A DNA stretch of 64,000 nt from Lama guanicoe (lineage: Eukaryota): contig MU056216.1 in assembly GCA_013239625.1 (NCBI GenBank), positions 7,748,363-7,812,362 of the forward strand, in the 5' to 3' direction. The notes under the pieces are model-generated. The model was not told the DNA's origin, searched no databases, and saw only the letters and a list, made by a program, of their open reading frames with translations. Positions 1 to 11,712 of the stretch are shown here, piece after piece. The translations under genes and the position numbers were made by a program. Every line of letters begins with the position of its first letter. The first letter of the stretch is position 1.

Positions 1-569
1 CTAAAGTCAAAAAGTTACCGGAAACAGTGTTAGCTTCTCCGTGTGAAGGAAGAGGGTGGGGATTAGCTTTTCCTTCAGGATGGAAGAGCTGCTGTTCTGA
101 TACGCTCACACTGGTGCTGTCTGTCTTTTCCAGTAGCATCAAGGCAAGAATAAAAGGAGGAGAGGGGTAGGGAAAGTGCAGGGGGGGAAATGGGAGGCCT
201 TTCATTGTCCGGATTTCACGAGCAAGGTGAGGAGGAATGTGTGCTCTCAGGAGGTCTGAGGATGCTGCTCTCTGAGCATTTGAATAAGCTAGCGCCCCTT
301 GGTGGCTTTTGAATTCAAAGCCAGGGTTCCTGAATTTAGTTTCTTGTATCATGTGCTTTAAAATGAGACTTCGAAGTTCCATACATTAAAACTGCATCCA
401 AGATGGAAGCTCCTCTTTTCAAGCCTCCTGCCAAGGTCATGACCACCCGTCCTCTAAAAGTGGGAGCAGGGGACTGAGTCAGTCCCTGACCCCGTTGGAG
501 CCTGGCCCACCAAACGCCAGGTGGTACTGTCTCGCTCCACGGAGCCTCCTGGTGTCAAGTCTAGCTTGT

Positions 570-665
570 CTAGGCTACTGGATGCGGCCTGGAGCTTGGC
601 ACCAGCAACTCCACTAAATGGCTGTGTTATCTTAAATAAGTTTGTTATCCTCTCTAAGCCTTAGG
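570..665 (+). mobile_element. MIR fragment
   Basis: Core-like ctccactaaatggctgtgttatcttaaataagtttgttatcctctctaagcct; boundaries approximate. Confidence 0.5.
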
Positions 666-828
666 AAAAACCAAACCAAACCAAAAGAAAAAAAAAAGGC
701 TCTTTCCAGATAGAAAAACCCAGTCATTCTCTTCCAGTTCCAGCTGAGTGTTCTCACTGTGGTTTCTTCTTGGCCACAGTCTAAAGTGCAGGGGTCACTG
801 GGGAACTATTAAAAGAAGAACTGGCCAG

Positions 829-1009
829 TGGGGGAGGGTGTAGCTCAGTGGTGGAGTGCGTGCCCAGCATGCACGAGGTCCTGGGTTCAATCCCCAGTAC
901 CTCCATTAAAGAAATAAATGAATTACACCCCAAATGTACCTATACATATTAAGATAGATATATGTTAAAAATATAAAATATATATGTAATACATAAATAA
1001 GTACCTGTT
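829..1009 (+). mobile_element. tRNA-Ala-derived SINE (camelid Vic-1 type), full length with TSD
   Basis: Head ggggagggtgtagctcagtgg...gggttcaatccccagtacctcca with A and B boxes; AT-rich tail; 18-bp target-site duplication aaaagaagaa(c/t)tggccag at 811-828 and 1010-1027, preceded by tt (L1 endonuclease TT/AAAA). Confidence 0.88.
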
Positions 1010-1945
1010 AAAAGAAGAATTGGCCAGATTAATTTAATCTTTTAAATGTCTGTCCTCGAGTGGAGGAAGGGGTAGTGGGGTGACTTTTGATTTCTTGTAA
1101 ATGTTACCCAGCGAGACCTCCATCTATAGGTGCAGCCGTTAGAAGTAGGACAGAGAGGGTCCTCTTGCATAGGACATTCTCGTTTTTGAAGTGTATGCTT
1201 TGGAGAGTACACCTGGCGTAGAAATCCCTCTTCGTCCTTTGGGCTGATTAAATTGGGTTCGGGATTAGCTGCTGCTTAGTTGTTGAGGTGAGATTAGAGT
1301 GAACGAGACTCTCTGCCACCGACCTGAGCTTCCCCCGGCTTGCTGACAGTGGACACGTCCATCTTGGGATAGAAAGCACTGGGCTCAACTGCCCTTTTGT
1401 TGGCAGAATGAGGCTAGAATTTACTTCTTCTGCCCTCTGTATTCTCTGCTTCACTGTGGCTTTGTCCAACTGAGGCAGAACATTTCCATCCAGGTCCCAG
1501 CAGCTGTGTGGCCAGCGGCTTATATAATTAACATCACCAGGGCTTGGAGAATGATTACACGGAATGGTTCTCTCACACAGTCTTTATTTTGTCTTTATTT
1601 AAACTACCAGTGCAAGCACCGCACGTGAGAGGGAAAAACAATCCCGTGTGTTTTAAGGAGACAAAAGGTTTATTATCATCTGAAAGCATTTATTAAGCAC
1701 ATGTTGTGAGCAGAGCACAGGATAATTCAGAGACGGTTAGGTTTCCAAGCTTTTGAATTGAGGCCATAAATGCACATCCTCCATCCGTGTACCATGTCAA
1801 GGCGTAGAAACATTCCCAGCTGCTTTAGTGAGAGGAGCTTTCATCTTGGTGTGGCGGCAACTGCATCAAATAATCCCTCCTGGTTAAAATGAGCCTAGAA
1901 TATCCCTGAAAACTGATCCTGTTTCAGATTTGGTTAATATTCTTC

Positions 1946-2093
1946 NNNNNNNNNNNNNNNNNNNNNNNNNNNNNNNNNNNNNNNNNNNNNNNNNNNNNNN
2001 NNNNNNNNNNNNNNNNNNNNNNNNNNNNNNNNNNNNNNNNNNNNNNNNNNNNNNNNNNNNNNNNNNNNNNNNNNNNNNNNNNNNNNNNNNNNN
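1946..2093. other. Assembly gap
   Basis: N run. Confidence 1.
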
Positions 2094-3343
2094 ATAGCAA
2101 CACGGCCAGGAAAATGAGTTGGCTGCCTGCCCCCACCACACACACTCTCTCACACACACACATGCATTCTCACACTTCGTACATCATTTTGAAACACAGG
2201 AATACAAGTTGGTTTTGTTGTTTTTTTAACGGAGTATTGAGACATTTGACCCCTTTCTTCACAAGTAAGAAAATCTGTATTTTTTATTTATATTAATCAT
2301 GATGGTTAATCACCTTTTTTTTCTTCCATTAAAATCATATTTTTATGTTACCCCCTTGGGTATTTTAGAATAGTCATATAGTGTCTGCTTGCCAGATATT
2401 TTTTATCATGAAATTACTGGTGGCAGTGTACAAAGCAACCCCCTTATTTTTCCCAAAACACTGTCATTGAAATTGCTGTCTATAGAAGCGTTTGGTCACA
2501 GAAGCAGATCCTGGAGGATCTTTTCCACCCATGAACTTTTTGGGGTCCCATTTCTTAATACGTCAGGAAGAAACGTGTTGTGTAGGTTGAATGAAGCTCC
2601 CCATTATACTCCCACATCCCTGACTTTTGTAGATTATCTGATCAGTCAGATGATGTGAGGAGTGGGTGGTTCAACATAGAAAAGAAGCTGAGATTCTAGA
2701 CTCTCTCGGCAGATCTGAGCTGGTTGCCTGGCTACCAACAGAGAGATCTCGTAGCAGAAAGGGGCGGAGGGAGGAAGAGGGGAGATGATGGGTGGGTGGT
2801 TGGGGAGTCGGAAAGAGCATTGGAAAGGGAGCAGGGAGGTCAGGTTCACATTCTTTCTGTCTTCCAAACATACAATTTCGAAAAGGCAATGTTTATTGGG
2901 TGTATGCGGTGTGCAAATGCAACCCTTGAGTTGCTGCTCTGGGACCAGAATTTGCTGAATGCCAGCTGGGGCTCCTAATAAATTATTGTGTGAGGTCAGC
3001 ATGTTCCTCTTCTACCCCGAATGGGAAGGAAATGTTCAGGAAAGAACTGCCTCGGCACATAGTAGCAGAGGTGACACTGACAGACCTCAGGGGCTGTAAG
3101 ACAATTGGACACAGAGCAAAAGCTCATGAGCAGATCAAGCCAGTAAGGCAAAATAAGCATCATGTTTATCTACTTAGATGGTTTCTCAATGATTACCTTT
3201 CCTCTTATCCAAACTTGGTGACTCTAAAAGGTCTAATGACATTAGAGACCAAGGATGCCGTTCAGTGTTGCTCCACTCCTGAGAGCGCCTCAGGGCACCT
3301 AAGAAACCAAGTAAACGAGTCTGTACCGCCCTTCATCTTGCAG

Positions 3344-3400
3344 GACCTGTATCGCCCCCTCTCTTCGGAGGACTTGGATTCAGTAGGAGACTCAGTGTAA
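3344..3400 (+). CDS. DCLK1: DCLK1 alternative terminal exon (CARP/ania-4 and DCL isoforms), coding part
   Basis: Acceptor cttcatcttgcag|GAC at 3343/3344; translates DLYRPLSSEDLDSVGDSV* (TAA 3398-3400), matching the remembered CARP/DCL C-terminus DLYRPLSSDDLDSVGDSV; phase 0, same as the next exon at 14397. Confidence 0.95.
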   Translation, partial: DLYRPLSSEDLDSVGDSV

Positions 3401-5073
3401 AAGAGACAATGGAGCAATGTATATGGTTTGTGGTTGGGTGAAGGTTTCGTGTCTCCTAAGCAAAAGTCTAACGGCAAAATGCACAAAAGAGTTTTGCATA
3501 CCTTACAATTATGAAGCCCAAATCATATAAAAGTAAATATCCAGACATTTTATATTCATAGTGTTAATCCTTGAAGGAGATTTTTTTTTTAATATCTCCT
3601 ACGTTGGTTTGATTGCAGGACCTTGAACACAGACTCCCTCAATTGCTAAAAATTTTGTGCTAGGCCTGGTTCTAGATGAATTTCATATATGGGCCCAGCC
3701 TTGAGTATCAGAACACACGAATGATGTGTTAGCTCTGTAGTTATTCATACTCTGAATGTATCAATGCAGAGTCATAATTTCTGTAGATGAGGTTTCCGTG
3801 TTAATCATAAGTAGACATGTAGATAGAATTTTTCTGTACAATTCTGTACACATTTTCTGGTCAAGCAGATTAAAATGGCATTAGCAGACATTTTTTTCCC
3901 TCAAAGTTATATTCTTTATAAAATTTGGATTGTTGATTTTTAAAGTACTTTTATTGCAAAATAATTAAAATATTCAAGTAGTGTTCTTTTTCTTCCTAGA
4001 CAGTATTCAGAGCGGTTTATCATTTTGTGTGTAACGTAGGTGAGGAAAAGCTCACATCAAGGACACATCTCATGAAGATGCTCACATCAGGCATCAGGAA
4101 CTTTCCTTGTTTTTGTTGTCAAGTAAATTTCACTTTTTAAACTTATCTTTGATTGGAAACAGCAAAAGTATAGCTTAAACTGTATACTAACATGAAGAAC
4201 TTATTCAATGACATTGTTATAAATTATATAATTCCTCCCTACAGCCATGTATGTGATTTTTGAAATGTGCAAAGGCTGAAGCTAGGAAACTTTTTTTAAC
4301 ACACAGACCTAAAAAAATTGTGTCTGGAGTTCTTCCAAAAAATCAATTTGAAAAGCAAAATTCTTTTCAATGGTGCTACATAAATCTGGCCAAAAATATC
4401 CAAATCTCCATGCTGATAAATCCTGGATCTTGCTGGTGTTTTGGAAATTTTGATATGCAAAACTACTTTTGTGTTCAGCCACGTAGGTCTATGATTATAA
4501 CACATTGTTAAACATTAACCTACTAATTCTGCTTTTCTAGTCCTCTGTTTAAGGAATCATAGTCAGCTTTGCCTAAACATAAAATAGTTATTTTTAAATC
4601 TGAATGTTAAAAATTAATTTCATGTGTATGGTCTGTTGTATTTAAGCCGTACCCTAGTGATCATTTAGTTTTACTAGTTCAAACACTAACAATTTAAGAC
4701 TTGTGTAGCATGGTTTTGATATTTTACAGGCTTGACATATCTCGGTAGGTGATAAATTAAAAATGTATGCTGCCATTTGGAGGCTTTCACTTGGGTTTTT
4801 TTCAAATTTTACTTGAAAACTGATTTTAAAAACAAAATGTTCGATTCAAGATGGCGAGAAATTCAGTTGTCATATACTGTTTTAAACGTTATCAATTTAT
4901 CTCCTTGATAAATTGCTCAACTATCAAATTTTACCATCTGGTTTATAGTTATATATGTTACTATCTCACTTTCCAAGTGAATAAAATATTCCAACCATAA
5001 GAGAAAGAAGGGGGAAAAAAAAAGTCCAGGCAACCTAACAGCATTTGAAAACTTAGCCTTATAATAATTAGTG

Positions 5074-5387
5074 NNNNNNNNNNNNNNNNNNNNNNNNNNN
5101 NNNNNNNNNNNNNNNNNNNNNNNNNNNNNNNNNNNNNNNNNNNNNNNNNNNNNNNNNNNNNNNNNNNNNNNNNNNNNNNNNNNNNNNNNNNNNNNNNNNN
5201 NNNNNNNNNNNNNNNNNNNNNNNNNNNNNTGCTGAGATCNNNNNNNNNNNNNNNNNNNNNNNNNNNNNNNNNNNNNNNNNNNNNNNNNNNNNNNNNNNNN
5301 NNNNNNNNNNNNNNNNNNNNNNNNNNNNNNNNNNNNNNNNNNNNNNNNNNNNNNNNNNNNNNNNNNNNNNNNNNNNNNNNNNNNNNN
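5074..5387. other. Assembly gap (two N runs around a 10-bp island at 5230-5239)
   Basis: N runs 5074-5229 and 5240-5387. Confidence 1.
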
Positions 5388-8341
5388 TGCAAAGAAAGCA
5401 GTGGAACAGTTAACTTAAGTCTGGTGGCGTCAGATGGTCCAGAACAAAAATAAATTCCAATAATTTTAACTTCCCTGAACTGTCAATCTTACGGACAACT
5501 ACTGCTTCGAAGGGTCCAATAAATGCTGTTTGTTCTGGATAAGTGGCAGATATCACCAACTGCTAGGAAGCCCAGGGCTTTGTTTAGACATGGCAAAAAG
5601 AAACTGGACTTGTACTAATTGCCAATAGATATCATGGCCAACTTTCCATTCAAGCAGTTCCAAGGGAAATGCTATTCCACAGCATTTAATCTTTTGAACA
5701 TATGACTTTTATTAAAGGACTGTTCAGGGGCAATATATATCATTTACTTTTAGAAACTAAAATCCCTCAGAGATTGAAACAGCACACCATTTATAGACTT
5801 TGAGATCTCTTTCTACGCAAGCATAATTCCATTTTACTAAAGCAGAAATTTTAAAAAATCCATAGCGACAAACCAGAAGTTTTCAGTCCGTTGGTGGAGC
5901 CGAACTGATGATTTGTAGGCACTTAAGACTTACTTAACGTCTAGAATTTTTTTTTTAAATTAGACACTAAAATTTTTAATTGTTCTACTAGGTAGAAGAG
6001 ACCTCTAGTAAAAGCAATGCATTTTTGTCCTTAAGCTAAACCTTAAGTGTTCTGTGAAGACATTGCACTCTAGGTAAAAGTTTGATACTTTTTTTCATTT
6101 GCACTTACTTTTTTTTCCCCTTAGACATCATAGAGAAAGATATAATAAGTATTTCCCTGCCTTCAGCATTTTAGAAATGCCAAACCTAATGGTATATCAA
6201 GTCTAAACTTCAGTGTGAACTCAAAAGACTAGCTCTGGAAATCAGTTGGTTTGTTTCTTCTTTGTCTTGTTTAGTCAATTAAGTGGGGGTGAGGGGGTCG
6301 GGAATGCACAAGGTTTTCATACTATCATAGGTTTTGAAGAAGTGACAGGTCCACCCATCTATACACCTCCCTGTGTCCTTATATTGGCTCGTCTAAATAT
6401 GAAAAACTCAAATATCTTCTAAAAACATTTTGAACCAACATTTATGTACCATAAGTATGTGTTCCCTGTGTTAACCAGCAGGGGTATGTTTGGTTGCATC
6501 CACTGCAAATCTTTATGTGATTGGGTTTTGGCTTTTTGTTTTTGTTTTTGTTTTTTCATTTAAAAACAGTGAAGTCTAAAGCCACATTTCTTAATACAAA
6601 TGAATGAATATATAGAATAATATTCTTGAAAAATAATTCCATGTATTTTAGCCATTGGACTACTAAATCTTTCACATGCGGCCATGTACCTACCCAGGTG
6701 TGTAGGTGTTTATGTAAACCTGCAGGGCTTACTGTATATATGGGTGTGGTTACTTGTGTATTTGTGTATTGTGTATTTGTGTGTGTTTATAGACCATACA
6801 TAGTAAAGTATGGTATTTGTGACACAGCCTTATAAGTTACTGGCTCTTGTGGAATTTTATGTAAAACCTTTCATGTCATAAATCGTTACTTGTGACATAT
6901 TAATTGGGGCATGTTTAAGTTCAAAGGTACTTTGCTAAACTAGTATGGCAGAATGGTTCCAAATAGTCAGATGTACTAAATTATTTTGAAAAATCTGGAT
7001 AAACAGATTAACAAAACATTTTCAAATTCAGATAAATTTAATATTGTTAACTATTAAATATAAGCTTACCTGAATGCTTATATTGTTATGTCTTGATATT
7101 CAGTTATTAAAATGATTATGTACTATCGATGATGTTTCTCTAATGTGTGTGACATGTAGTGATTATCAGTCAGTATTCGCTGAAAAAGGCAGTATTGGTT
7201 TATAGAGTTGTGAGGAGTTGAGTATTATATTGAAATATAAATAGAGGAGAATCCAAACTGTATTTGATGTGAAGTAAGTTTAATAACAAAGCCAGATAAC
7301 CTGTAAGGCAGTTTTGTGTGTTCTTCAAAACTCTGTTCTAAAGTATTGATGTATTTTCAGTGGTAACCTTACTATACTTGCTGTCTGTGTGATTATATAC
7401 CCATATAAGTATATGCAGGTATATATACACAAATGTTAATTGAATGAAGATGCTATACATGTCTACATTTGCCTACTTGTGCGTATCTGCATTAGCCTTG
7501 CTAGCTAGCATCCCTGATTGTGCATGTTAGTGACAACTGTATCCCACAGAAGTATAGTGTGAAAATTAGAGCTGTATTGAATTCAGCACACCAATTGCTT
7601 GTTGCAGCTTGTTATACTGTCAGCTGAAAGATATTTGTAATATTGTGCCTGTAATGCATGTGGAAAAGATAGGAAATCTGAGGCCTAGCCATAATTTTTC
7701 AGAGAGCATGATATATAGTGTCTTTAAAATGTAGTTCATTTTAGTAAAGATGATGGATAAATTCCAAGATAGTATAAATGATGCATGTAATACATGGATG
7801 TTTGTATTATATATGGCCACAAAATGTTTTTGAAGCCAGGGTAGTAGGTATCTGAAAGGTCATAGGCAAAGAACTATGAAAGTGAATCTTCTTGTGATTT
7901 TTTTTCTTAGTGGTTTTTCTTGTTTTTGTTTTTTTAGTTTATATTCATCAACAAGCAAGGAATTGAGTTTATTTGTTCTAGGACATTTTACTTAAAAATA
8001 CGCCATGAATGCTATAGATTTGGACACAGTTTTCACAAAGAGGTTGACATATTTCCTGTTTACAGTTTGAATTGCTTGGATGTGTATTCTCTTAAAAGGA
8101 ACATTTGGTGTTAAACTGTTTTAAACAGCAACATGCTTTAAAAATCCATCAATTGAGGCCAGCAGCAGAGTTTTATAGAGCGAAATGAGGAAATGTTTCA
8201 TTGAACTACCCAGTTTTGAAAGTTCCATCGTTGTGTGCTGTTGGTTTCACTGTAAAACGCTGTACCTTGTGTTTCACACTGGACCGTGTTATTCCGCTCA
8301 AAGTTAACTTTGTGACACTTACCACCTTAGAATAACTATAC

Positions 8342-8347
8342 AATAAA
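8342..8347 (+). terminator. Candidate polyadenylation signal for CARP/DCL transcripts
   Basis: AATAAA with upstream TGTA (8261-8264) and downstream GT/T-rich tract (gctgttcagtgggtttctttc). Confidence 0.5.
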
Positions 8348-10899
8348 CAGGAAAAACAACTTAATGCTGTTCAGTGGGTTTCTTTCAGAAAACTTGATCG
8401 GTAGATGTTAAAACTGAAATGACTGTGTGGGGTAAGGGCTACCTTCATAAATCACATTTGTGGTGTTCTTGTGATGTAATTTGCACAAACAAGGGATCCT
8501 TGAGATACTGCAAAAGACATCTAAGGTATAAAATACCAACAATAACAATGAAATACGACTCTCTGATGAAGAATTCTGTTTTACTAGGTTATATTAAAAT
8601 CATTAATACACTTTCCTCTCAGGATTGTCTTAAGGGTGGATATTTCAAATGAATTGGCAATTGGTTGAAGCAAAGAAATTTTAAACATACGAACTTTCTC
8701 CTAGGTATGAAGAACATTTTCCCCAAGGTCATCTAATTTGCAGGGGGGAAAAATGTGCATGTAAATAGGTATGTGCATGATTGAAAGTTATTTTAAAAGC
8801 ACTCAATAAATAAATGTATAAAATAAACAAGTATATAATAAAATACTTGATTACCCAACTTTAATATAGAACAAAAATCCACAATCTATTTCATTCATAG
8901 TTTAGTATAAGGGAGAATAGAAAATTCTACTGGCCTAGTTAGAAAAAAGTATTTTTACATTCAAATTATCATAGAAGTCTAAAGCTCTGGTTTTAAATCT
9001 AACATTTTTATGAGGTTCATTCTTACCTTAAAATTGTAGTTTGCTTTAATGGGTCCTCTGTATTATTTCCATGATAACCTAAATGTAATCAGTGCTTAAG
9101 GCAATAATGGTACGACTGGAAAGTATGTTTACAAATTTATAAAATTCCAAATTGTGCTTATACTTTTTTCATATGCTAGAGTTTAAAATAAAATGGAGCA
9201 GATGCCTGAAAGAGTGGTAAGCTCCCTTTATCACCGATTGGGAATCAGAATTGAGGAATAAGTCACGGGGGGAATTACTTTATTGAGAGGAGCTAAACTA
9301 GACACTTTCCTGGTCCCCTTCCAAACTGTGATTTCATTCATGAAGAGAAACTCGTAAGAGGAGACCTGGTGCCCACCAAGACAAATGGCTCAGATTCTGA
9401 ATTTATAGGTCCTGGCCTTAAGTGAGCAGACTGCCTGATACAACAGAGTTGTAACCAAACACGTTTATTTTTGAAATCTTGGCTCCCATGGCTTCGCTAA
9501 CAGATTTAATGCCAACATTTCCATTTTCATTTTCCCTTCCTCTAAGTAAACCCAATTTCATGAATAACAGTTCTACAGTCTTTTAAAAACTTTGACCAGA
9601 TCTTTATGATAATGTTTGCATTTTTCAGTATTCATGCTGAGTTATGCACATGACTGCCTACACCATAAACGCTAGGTTGAACATGCTATGGAGAATGCAG
9701 ACAAAGAAATTTGGAAAATTTGGGAAAACTTGTGCCTTGTCTCAAAAAATGGAGCCTTATTACTTATTACAGATTGATGTCATCATCTTATTAGTCCGTA
9801 CCCACTTGGAAAGTAAATAAATGTATGGTTTTTCTATATACACATAGAGTCCCTTGGATTTCAAGCTGTCTACACCAAGATTATGATTTAATTTTGTTAT
9901 ATGAGGTCATCTTTAGAGACTCTGTAGATCTCAAGTCAGGATCACCGAGACAACTGTTTGAGTTTGTTAAGTATCTGTTGGTTGTGTTTCCTTTATAAAA
10001 TTGATCAGTTGATTTCTAAATTCTCTGTTTGTCATTTTCCAAATAAATCTTAACACAGTAATAACTGTATACCAAGGCAAAATGTGAAGCGGAAATAATA
10101 CAGTTATCCAGACAAAGCAAGAGTTACCTGGTGAGATTTTTCTACCTTGATTAAATCAGTTGGGTTGATTGGATATTTTTGTGATCTTTATTCAGTGTGG
10201 ACCCCAGCTGAGTGACACCATTAATACAAATGACAGGAGTAGGTCATACCACTTATATTTGAAACAGACTGTTTTTTCCTACATGGTCGATACATCTTGG
10301 TAAAATGTGGTTAGAGCTGTTATGTCAGTTTTCTCACTTACTTCAAAAAGTGTGATATGTTCTCCATCTGTTATGTGATCCCAAGCTAAATAGCTACACT
10401 TAGGGTGTGTTCTTACTTCGGGCAGTGCTTTTATGAAGGTGTGCCGTAAAAGCATCCAGGTGCCAGCAACCTGTCCACCTGGTTCCCATTAAATCTGCTT
10501 GGAGGTGATGACATTTCAAATGTCACAAGACCTCTTAGCGCAGCTATTTGCATTAAATTTGAAAATAACTATGTTTTGCACTGTACACTCATATGCCTTA
10601 CAATTAGCAAACTGACAGAAGCAACACAAAATCTTATCACCATACATGCTATAAAATGGTTTATCTTCTCAGAAAAACCATATAAGTAAATTGATTTCAT
10701 TTATAAGCATGAAAAAATATAAGTAGGCTTTTCAGCTTCTGTAGGTCACAAATAAAGGCTGATCCACTTCACTGGATTAATTCTAAAGGACAAGAACCTG
10801 CATGTTTTCCCTTTACTATTTTTACAATCCTTTAATTGGACCTATGGGCAATAATCAAAATGTTCCCACACTAAGGCAGTATGTTTAGGGTTAGCAACG

Positions 10900-11712
10900 A
10901 GTGTACACAAAGAGCGATGGTGATTAATGAATGACTTCAGCTGGGAGAGAGCAAAAATGTTAGGTGACAGAATCAGAATCCAAAAAAATGACAGGCTGGC
11001 AGGATATGAATGTAATAAATGTGACATTACTATGAATAAATGAGAAGTCTTAGACTTGATCCAAAACACCAACCTTTCAGATATAGGATAGGGAGATCTG
11101 ACACAGTGTGAACTTAGTGTAGGCTTAAAAGTTACGTTGTTACTGGTAAATCAGTATGATCTCAAAGTGCATTAACATTCAATTCACAAGGAAGAACGCT
11201 CTGTTCTGTGCTGGTCAGGGTACACCTAGAATATTGCATGTGTTTTGAGCACCAGCATTAATCAGAGATACTGACACCTGGAAGGTCAGGGGTCATGGAA
11301 CTCTGTCTTATGACCAAAGACACTGGGAATATTGACATTGAAAAAGAGAAGACACAGAAAAAGCCCAGTAGCTATTTCCAAATATCTACAGCATCGTTGC
11401 ACTGGGAAATGAATTAGACCTGTGCTAGGTGGCTTCAGAGATGAGAACTAAGAACGAAAACTAGAAAACGTAGAGGGACATCATTCGGACATTAACCCAA
11501 GGAAGAATTTTCTTTGCCTCATTAACAGTTAGGAGGCCGTCTCAGGAAGTAATGAGTTTAGTACTGGAGGTCTTTGGACAGAGGCCATTTGACCACTGGG
11601 CTGGGATTTTTGTAGTGGGAATTTGGTCTCTGTAGGTCTCTTTGGAAGTAGGGTAGAACAGATAATCTGTGAGGTCCATTTCAGTCCCTGAAATTCTTTG
11701 AATCCATGAATG
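10900..11712 (+). mobile_element. CR1/L3 LINE 3' fragment
   Basis: ctgtgctggtcagggtacacctagaatattg, gaaaaagagaagac, gctatttccaaatatct and terminal gaggtccatttcagtccctgaaattctttgaatccatga resemble the L3 ORF2 end and 3' tail; boundaries approximate. Confidence 0.7.

Larger units (their letters stand above)
3401..8365 (+). other. DCLK1: Putative long 3' UTR of the CARP/DCL terminal exon
   Basis: AT-rich, no recognisable interspersed repeats, follows the stop codon; 3' end inferred from AATAAA at 8342-8347; earlier AATAAA at 4980, 5449, 5518 and a later cluster at 8805-8842 are alternatives. Confidence 0.55.

Noticed and set aside
831-905. tRNA-Ala gene
   Set aside because: Extra 5' bases, altered anticodon loop, AT-rich tail and TSD identify a SINE
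5230-5239. 10-bp island between two N runs
   Set aside because: Assembly or gap-filling artefact
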